This document shows positions 1-6,343 of a stretch of 15,617 bases of DNA, piece by piece. Source of the stretch: Candidatus Bathyarchaeia archaeon (lineage in GTDB: Archaea > Thermoproteota > Bathyarchaeia > Bathyarchaeales > Bathycorpusculaceae); contig JAVZLH010000019.1 of the NCBI GenBank assembly GCA_038883855.1, positions 1-15,617 on the forward strand, written 5' to 3'. Each line of letters opens with the position of its first letter. Positions within the stretch are counted from its first letter, which is position 1. Under the pieces are notes generated by a model. The model made no database searches. It was not told the DNA's origin and saw only the letters and a list, made by a program, of their open reading frames with translations. The translations under genes were made by a program, and so were the position numbers.

Positions 1-550
1 GTATTCCTAAATCTAGATAGTCATAAAGTCCATTGCTGTCCGTGTCAACACCTGAGTCAATGACTGCTCCCGTGAATGTTGCTCCCACATCAAACAACGT
101 ATAATCGTATGTCATAGTCAAGTTGATTTCTGACAAGATGCTTAAAGGATTCCACTCTGAGTCATAAAAGTATACGTCAACTAACTTTGTTACGTTGATT
201 CCGCTTCCATGTATGACTATTCCGTTGAATTTTATTGTAATGTTTTGTATTCCTTCTTCAAGGTGAGTTTCGTTGGAAACAGAAAGCCACACATATTCAT
301 AATCGTATTCGCCCCCAAGCCTATGCACCTCAAGGCGGTAGGTTCCAGCCACTGTTACGCTAGCTTCTACTTCAACAACTAAATAATTGTATAAGCCGTC
401 GCCGTCCGTGTCCTCGCCATAATCATAAACGTTTCCAGTTAAATACGCGCTTAGCTGCGCTTTCGCCGTGTTATTAACAAGCAATGGTGCAATCGTTGCA
501 AATGATAGGAAAGCGATAGCAATTAGAGTTTCAAACTTTTTTCTTAACAT
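1..550 (-). CDS. Secreted/cell-surface repeat protein, 5' part (runs off left edge; not in ORF track)
   Basis: Hand translation from ATG 550 is open to base 1: MLRKKFETLIAIAFLSFATIAPLLVNNTAKAQ (basic N-terminus, hydrophobic core, AKA cleavage-like site). Two copies of a motif 122 aa apart: AYLTGNVYDYGEDTDGDGLYNYL and ATFTGAVIDSGVDTDSNGLYDYL. Several N-x-T sequons. Confidence 0.88.
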   Translation of the reverse strand, partial: MLRKKFETLIAIAFLSFATIAPLLVNNTAKAQLSAYLTGNVYDYGEDTDGDGLYNYLVVEVEASVTVAGTYRLEVHRLGGEYDYEYVWLSVSNETHLEEGIQNITIKFNGIVIHGSGINVTKLVDVYFYDSEWNPLSILSEINLTMTYDYTLFDVGATFTGAVIDSGVDTDSNGLYDYLDLGI

Positions 551-590
551 TTTACATCACGCATAACCGTTCATGCTTAATGTGTGAATG

Positions 591-604
591 TTTTATAAAT
601 ACTT
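591..604. promoter_or_regulatory. Shared palindromic TATA box (TTTATAAA, 592-599) between divergent genes
   Basis: The only strong TATA in the short divergent gap. It lies ~27 nt before ATG 626 on + and reads AAAGTATTTATAAAA (BRE-TATA-like) on -, ahead of ATG 550. Confidence 0.55.
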
Positions 605-613
605 TAAGCGAAT

Positions 614-1804
614 ATGTCTTTTAAAATGAGACTTTTAACACTCTGCTTCCGCAACCTGTTCAGAAGAAAAATGCGCACAAGCCTATGCATAGCAGGCGTG
701 GCACTCGCAGCAACTTTTGTAGTCGCGGTTGGCGCAACAACAACGCGCTATGTAAGTGTGATTAGGGAAATGAATGTCTTGTTCAGCGGACAAATAATGG
801 TTGTAGGCAAAAACGCAGTGGTTATACAAGCAATTCCGATAACCCGCGGCTCCTTTCAGGAAAGCCTAGCTGAAGAAATAAAGGCAGAGATCGAAGGTGT
901 CGAAAAAGCAGTTCCAGTACTATTCATAACCTCCATAAACCTTGACCAACTTCAGCTTATCCCCCCAAACTTTACACTTGGAATACCCGTTGAAGAGTGG
1001 GGCTTCATGCTTGGACCAACACCGTTAAAAAACGGCGTCGGGCACTTCCCAACAAGCGAAAGCAGCAATGAGGTTGTAGTGGGCGCTTCACTTGCTGACC
1101 AATATGGCTGGGTTGTAGGAGCCAATGTGACAGTTAATGGTTACAATGTGACGGTTGTTGGGATTTTGGACACGAGGCTGGCGATTTTAAATCGCTGCGT
1201 CATCATGTCCCTCAAACTCGCACAGACAATTTATAACTATCCCAATAGCGCTAACATGATTACTGTTAAACCCGTCCAAGGCTATCCAATTGCGAACTTG
1301 ACAGAAACCATAGAGAAAGAATATCCCAGCCTTAAAGCGTTAACGGAAGAGGAGAGAAACGACATCATCCAACCCGTCCTCGACCAAGTAGGATTATGGA
1401 GCTTCGGCATACAAACAGTTGTTTTCGCCATAAGCCTAATCCTCGTCATGACAGTCACGCTAATGAGCGTTTCAGAAAGACGCCGAGACTTCGCAACCCT
1501 AGACGCCATAGGCGCGCCAATAAGCTACGTTTTCCGCATAGTCCTCTTGGAAACAGTCTTAATCGGAGCCATTGCAGGAGCCATAGGCATTGCTTTAGGT
1601 TCCATAGCGTCTCTTGTCTTGGCAAGCCTCTATACAAACATTCCCTTAGCCCTATTCTTCCCAAGCATATTCGAAATTGTCCCACCGCTTTACATGATTG
1701 AAATGTTCACGGCAATAGTCGCCACATGCTGCCTAAGCGGAGTAATCCCAGCCATAAACGCAACAAAAATGAGGATAGCTGAAGTTTTAAGGGCTGAATA
1801 CTAA
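614..1804 (+). CDS. ABC transporter permease, MacB/FtsX/LolE family
   Basis: N-terminal RNLFRRKMRTSL plus one TM, a large extracytoplasmic domain, then an FtsX-type C-terminus (SVSERRRDFATLDAIGA, three TMs, PAINATKMRIAEVLRAE). True start may be ATG 626 given the TATA spacing. Confidence 0.92.
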   Translation: MSFKMRLLTLCFRNLFRRKMRTSLCIAGVALAATFVVAVGATTTRYVSVIREMNVLFSGQIMVVGKNAVVIQAIPITRGSFQESLAEEIKAEIEGVEKAVPVLFITSINLDQLQLIPPNFTLGIPVEEWGFMLGPTPLKNGVGHFPTSESSNEVVVGASLADQYGWVVGANVTVNGYNVTVVGILDTRLAILNRCVIMSLKLAQTIYNYPNSANMITVKPVQGYPIANLTETIEKEYPSLKALTEEERNDIIQPVLDQVGLWSFGIQTVVFAISLILVMTVTLMSVSERRRDFATLDAIGAPISYVFRIVLLETVLIGAIAGAIGIALGSIASLVLASLYTNIPLALFFPSIFEIVPPLYMIEMFTAIVATCCLSGVIPAINATKMRIAEVLRAEY

Positions 1805-2479
1805 ATGGAGATTAAAACAGAAAACCTAACAAGAGAGTTCAGAATTGGCTCTTCAACAATAACGGCTGTTGACAAAGTGAATTTCGAGGTTAAAGAAGCA
1901 AGGTTCATAGCAATAGTTGGACCGTCTGGTTCTGGAAAATCCACATTCCTAAACCTTATAGGGTTAAACGACTATCCAACTGACGGAAAAATCTTCATCG
2001 ACAACCTAGACGTTGCACTCCTATCAAGCGCTGAAAGAAGGAAAATTAGGCTTCTGCGCATGGGATTCGTCTTCCAAACTTTCAACCTAATGCCCACACT
2101 TAACGCCTTAGAAAACGTTGAACTCCCCATGGCTTTAGCTGGAAAATCAACAGAAGAGCAAAGGGAAAAAGCTACAAAACTTTTAGAAGCCGTAGGTTTA
2201 GGCAAAAGACTTTTTCATAGGTCTAAGGAGCTGAGCATGGGTGAAATGCAACGCGTAGCCATAGCTAGAGCCTTAGCCAACAATCCAGAAATAATAATCG
2301 CCGATGAGCCGACGGGCGAACTTGACTTGAAAACTGCCAAAGAAATAATCGCCCTACTTTATGAAATAAACCGAAGAGAGAAAACAACTGTGATTGTGGC
2401 TACGCATGATGAAAAAATTGTTGATGTGGCGGACGCCATTTACGCCATGGAAGACGGAAGACTAAGGCTTAAAGCCTGA
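1805..2479 (+). CDS. ABC transporter ATP-binding protein, LolD/MacB family
   Basis: Walker A GPSGSGKST, GFVFQTFNL Q-loop, signature LSMGE, Walker B IIIADEPTG, H-loop ATHD. ATG directly follows the permease stop (TAA ATG). Confidence 0.95.
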   Translation: MEIKTENLTREFRIGSSTITAVDKVNFEVKEARFIAIVGPSGSGKSTFLNLIGLNDYPTDGKIFIDNLDVALLSSAERRKIRLLRMGFVFQTFNLMPTLNALENVELPMALAGKSTEEQREKATKLLEAVGLGKRLFHRSKELSMGEMQRVAIARALANNPEIIIADEPTGELDLKTAKEIIALLYEINRREKTTVIVATHDEKIVDVADAIYAMEDGRLRLKA

Positions 2480-2491
2480 AGCAGTTATTTC

Positions 2492-2722
2492 CTACAGCAA
2501 CGCAAAGTCTGTTGACCTTATTTTACCCTTCTGGTCTACGACAACCTCGAACCTTTCAGCCCATGGATGCCCTTCTAAATCTATTGGGCATGTTCCCTTG
2601 ACCACCCACATGCCATTCCTCTGCTCCACTGTGGAAATGTCAATTTTGTCCGTGTTCTTTCTTTTCCTAAGAAAATCGACAACTATTTGTTGAGCCACCT
2701 CATTAGGCACGCCATTTGCCAT
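2492..2722 (-). CDS. Small hypothetical protein (76 aa), possibly PepSY-like fold
   Basis: MANGVPNEVAQQIVVDFLRKRK...GMWVVKG...FEVVVDQKGKI: helix followed by beta strands with a W-x-V and a V-D-x-x-G-x-I pattern. The start at ATG 2722 is preferred; the upstream 32 codons of the ORF-track call look non-coding. Confidence 0.7.
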   Translation of the reverse strand: MANGVPNEVAQQIVVDFLRKRKNTDKIDISTVEQRNGMWVVKGTCPIDLEGHPWAERFEVVVDQKGKIRSTDFALL

Positions 2723-2894
2723 ATTTTTCCAACCATCGCTTTTTATTTTTATGAGGATGGCATTAAATGTTGTGAATACAGAATCGTAATCGGAACTAAA
2801 CATAGATAAAATGCGCACACATCCATTTTGACGATAAGTTAATCAACAAACCCCACCTCTAAATCTAACAGCGAAAAACTGGAAAAGAACAAGG

Positions 2895-3968
2895 ATGACG
2901 GAGAAAAAGAGGATAATACTCCACATAGACATGGACCACTTCTTCACCGCCATAGAAGAGAGGGAACACCCCGAGTTCAGGGGAAAACCAGTCATAGTGG
3001 GCGCAGACCCAAAAGAAGGAAAAGGCAGGGGAGTAGTAAGCACATGCAATTACGAAGCCAGAAGATTTGGCGTAAGGTCTGGAATGCCCATATCAAAAGC
3101 TTGGAAACTCTGCCCAAACGCCATTTACCTACCAGTCAACTATGAACTTTACACGAAAGTATCAAACCAGATTATGAATATACTGCGTCGATACGCAGAT
3201 AAATTTGAGCGGTGGGGATTAGACGAAGCCTTCCTAGACATAACATCACGAGTTAAGGATTTTTCAGAAGCTGAAGCTCTAGCCCGCCAAATAAAAAAGG
3301 AAATTTACGAGAAAGAAAAGCTCACGTGTTCAATAGGAATAGGTCCAAACAAGCTTGTAGCCAAAATAGCCAGCGACTTCCAAAAACCAGACGGCTTAAC
3401 AATTGTTAGGGAAACGGAAGCGGAAAAGTTTCTCGCTCCCCTACCCGTGCGGAAACTCCTTTGGGTTGGTAGAAAAACAGAGCAGAAACTGAAAGCCATG
3501 GGCATCGAAACAATAGGCGACTTGGCAAAGTCTGACCCAAATGTGCTTGTGGAAACGTTCGGCTCTGTTGGAACCCAGCTTTACTTGATGGCACAGGGAA
3601 TTGACAAAAGCGAAGTTGAAGAAGTTGAAAGAATAAAGTCGATAAGCCGCCATATGACATTCGAAGAAGACACATCAGACTTCGAGTTCGTTCTTGGAAC
3701 TTTGGATAAGCTTTCAGAGGAAGTGCACAGCGACGTTTTGAAACAGCATGTCTATTTCAAGACTGTGACTGTGATGGTTCGTTACGAAAACTTTGAAACC
3801 CACACCCACAGCAAAACATTGCCCTTCATCACAAACCGCCTCCAAGACCTGAAGAAGACAGCAAAAGAGCTAATCCAAGCCTATCTAAAACCGGAGAGAA
3901 AAATAAGGCTTGTCGGAGTGCGCGTCTCAAACCTCATCTCAGCAGAAAAACAAAAAACACTAACTTGA
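2895..3968 (+). CDS. dinB: Y-family DNA polymerase IV (DinB/Dpo4/Dbh)
   Basis: HIDMDHFF (catalytic D, steric-gate F), NYEARRFGVRSGMP, GLDEAFLD, SIGIGPNKLVAKIASDFQKPDGL, little-finger domain ending IRLVGVRVSNL. Confidence 0.97.
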   Translation: MTEKKRIILHIDMDHFFTAIEEREHPEFRGKPVIVGADPKEGKGRGVVSTCNYEARRFGVRSGMPISKAWKLCPNAIYLPVNYELYTKVSNQIMNILRRYADKFERWGLDEAFLDITSRVKDFSEAEALARQIKKEIYEKEKLTCSIGIGPNKLVAKIASDFQKPDGLTIVRETEAEKFLAPLPVRKLLWVGRKTEQKLKAMGIETIGDLAKSDPNVLVETFGSVGTQLYLMAQGIDKSEVEEVERIKSISRHMTFEEDTSDFEFVLGTLDKLSEEVHSDVLKQHVYFKTVTVMVRYENFETHTHSKTLPFITNRLQDLKKTAKELIQAYLKPERKIRLVGVRVSNLISAEKQKTLT

Positions 3969-4343
3969 CACAAGATACAATTTGTTGGTTTTCAAGCTGG
4001 CAATTGCTTAATAGTTGGCTATGTTGCAAGCCCAAAGATAATTTTTCTAATTTCAATGCCTGGCGGGTAATAGTATAATCTATATCCGGTGTTGAGGACC
4101 TATGCGGTAACATCCATGTGGCTGTTGTTGATCTTTCAGTAAATGCTCCTTTTTGATGGAAATTGCTTTGGTTGGTTTAACCGTTTGGATTCCTCCAGAA
4201 AAGTGGCTAAAAGCTCCTTCGAACAAAACTGTATTAAGTATTGGAAGCTTTTGAGGGTGCTGCATGAACGGAGTTGCACACTTGGCTTGGCTCTAAAACT
4301 GCTTCAAAATCCAAAAATTCACATAAAATGCAACCTTTTAGGG

Positions 4344-5303
4344 CTATTTTTGTGGTTCAGTTTTCTTCTTCCAAGACTTTACAGCGCTCTCATAATAATA
4401 GTGGATGATTAAATGACCTATTCCTGGAATTTTTGCTAAGCGCCTTGAATAAGGTTCTTTGGAAGCCTTTTTAAACTCTCTTCGAACTTCTTCGATTTTT
4501 AACCCTCTAATGTCTATTTCATCTAGGCTTATGGGTCCCAAGCCTTTTTCAAACGCTAACCTTAAGTGCATTATTTTCCTAGGCTCAAACCCCATTACAT
4601 TAGCCATTACGGCGTCTGTTGCTACCGCGTTATCACCGGCAACTATCATGTTTAGCTGTAAAGGTTCGCCCTTGAAGGGTCCTTCACCTTCAAGGCATGT
4701 GGTTGCGTCTACAATGCATAATGCTGGCGGCAAAGCTATAGCGATGTCTGTAATAATAGCGTCGATTTTCGAGTGATACTTGCCCTTTTCCTTTCAGGTA
4801 GTGCCCCATACATATTTTTAAGGTTAAGCGTCACATCAGTTGTTATATGCGTCTTAGCCACAGGCATTGATATGATCTTAGTGGCTTCCAACAATGTTCG
4901 GCTTACTTTTAACGATTCAAAAACGTAGCCATCCTTAACATTTACTTCAGTCATTTCTCCCTGACTTAAGTTTACAACTTCGATGCCTAAATTCTTAGCA
5001 ACCTCTGAGATGCCTGTTTCCTTCAACATTCTATCCGCCGAATACATTGAGGAATCAGCTTCTCCAACAGCTATTCGTCTAACTTTACCCTTCAAAAAGA
5101 GACGCTATTGAAGAAACCACTTCAACACTTGTGAAAGTACCAACCTTCCCGGGAACACCACCGCAAACATTAGGTTTAATGAAGACAAAATCATCTGAGC
5201 CGAAAAATCTATTAACCCCTCCTAAAAGATCCACAACCGCTTTAACCATTTTGGACATGTTTGCACCATGCACAATGGAAACGATGGGTGTACGTTTATC
5301 CAT
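4344..5303 (-). pseudogene. DUF362-family protein split by two single-base frameshifts
   Basis: Three ORFs carry consecutive DUF362 motifs (FIKPN; GEA...KTH...LKNMYG; IVDA...EGEGP...DNAVATD). Removing one base from the run at 5094-5098 gives SLLKGKVRRIAVGE. Adding one base to the run at 4786-4789 gives ERKKGKYHSKIDAIITDIAIALPPAL. Restored length is ~319 aa from ATG 5303, with SD AGGAG 9 nt upstream. Sequencing error is not excluded. Confidence 0.85.
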
Positions 5304-5600
5304 AAAAGCCATCTCCTTTTACCAACGCTTACACACTCTTAACATGAAGTTAAACTCCACCAACAAGTAAAGAAGCAGCTCAGATGCTCACTTCACATGC
5401 CAGTAAAGTTCATTTAAATTGTGAGGAACCTCTCTAATAAAACTTACGTTAAAGTCTGCAAGTCTAACCAATGCAGCAAACCATCAAAACAGGCAAAAGT
5501 CCACCTTATTTGGAGTCGAGTTAACATGAAGTAAATTGATTTTAAAGCTTCTTTTAATGTCTCCTAAGAAAAACAAGGGTAATAGATATCCCATTGTTTG

Positions 5601-6081
5601 GCAAACGCTGTAGATGCTTCCACAAGCCTTCTCTAAATGCAAGGCGAAAAATGGAATCTGCCACCTACATAAAGGTGAGGAATCACTATTCATTCCGGCT
5701 GAACACGATGCCAAAGGGCACGGACACAGCAAAGTATTCAGTAATAACACTGATGTGATGAGAAGAAATTTCACATGCCAACGCAAAAGAATAGCAGCCA
5801 GTTCAAAAACCCTGAATAAACCAAATAACATTTCATACCTTCAGACATTGGAAAGCTACAATGGAATACCGCAAAATCAAGGATATCCTCTATGTCAAAC
5901 AACTTTTGGGAAATAAATCCATAAACAATACTTTAATTTCCACTCAGCTTGTCAGCTTCGAAGATAACGAGTTTATAGCGAAAGTAGCACACTCAGAGAA
6001 GGAGGCGTGTGAACTCTGGAGGCAGGGTTCGAATATGTCTGCGGCTCCAACAGTAACAAAATCTTCAGAAAGCGTAAATAG
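5601..6081 (+). pseudogene. Tyrosine recombinase/integrase remnant
   Basis: QITFHTFRHWKATMEY (HxxR box, CAT 5834)...VKQLLGNKSINNTLIST, where the catalytic His is AAT (5912) and the catalytic Tyr is TCC (5939). A frameshift at ~6017 restores EAGFEYVCGSNSNKIFRKRK-stop (6081). In-frame TAA at 5634, further frameshifts near 5660-5690 and 5800-5815, and no box I Arg motif. Confidence 0.88.
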
Positions 6082-6118
6082 CCAAGCAGAAGCAACCACC
6101 ATACCGGGTTTATTCCAA

Positions 6119-6193
6119 TGGACCGGGGGGGATTTGAACCCCCGACCTCCCGAGTGCGAGTCGGGCGTTCATACCAAACTGAACTACCGGCCC
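6119..6193 (-). tRNA. tRNA-Ala (anticodon CGC), intronless, CCA not encoded
   Basis: Cloverleaf GGGCCGG TA GTTC-AGTTTGGTAT-GAAC G CCCGA-CTCGCAC-TCGGG AGGTC GGGGG-TTCAAAT-CCCCC CCGGTCC A; G3:U70 alanine identity pair and A73 discriminator. Confidence 0.97.
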
Positions 6194-6223
6194 ATCTTTG
6201 TGAAGAGAACGGTTTATGATGGA

Positions 6224-6238
6224 ATTTAGAGCTTTCGG
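6224..6238 (-). promoter_or_regulatory. Putative BRE/TATA promoter of tRNA-Ala
   Basis: Minus strand CCGAAAGCTCTAAAT about 30 nt upstream of the mature 5' end; resembles the archaeal BRE-TATA consensus with one TATA mismatch. Confidence 0.5.
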
Positions 6239-6343
6239 TTCATGTGCCTTTTTGCTTTGCTTGGCATGTTGTGGCTTCTTCGGTCACGAAGGTTATTCAG
6301 GATATTTGGTTTAAAGGAAGATTTAACAATAGGGTGCAAGAAA

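Noticed and set aside
1013-2940. TGGACC matches (about 1013, 1918, 2932) as a second att site
   Set aside because: Only 6-7 bp, inside intact coding genes; expected by chance.
3969-4343. ORFs 4080-4265 (-) and 4143-4412 (+), and a stop-interrupted minus frame (...VLNTGYRLYYYPPGIEIRKIIFG...)
   Set aside because: No motif I can recognise and several stops. It may be an old gene remnant, but that needs a tBLASTx/BLASTx search to support.
4786-5098. Programmed ribosomal frameshifting in the DUF362 gene
   Set aside because: It would need a +1 and then a -1 event in one mRNA, with no canonical heptamer or adjacent stop-codon stimulator.
5484-6229. ORFs 5484-5831 (-), 5614-5916 (+) and 5861-6229 (+) as real proteins
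   Set aside because: They are frame pieces or the antisense of the integrase pseudogene; the tail of 5861-6229 (GGDLNPRPPECESG) is just the tRNA read antisense.
6240-6343. Hairpin CTTCG-GTCA-CGAAG between tRNA-Ala and ileS as an ncRNA or terminator
   Set aside because: A 5-bp stem only, with no further structure or U-tract in the ileS sense.
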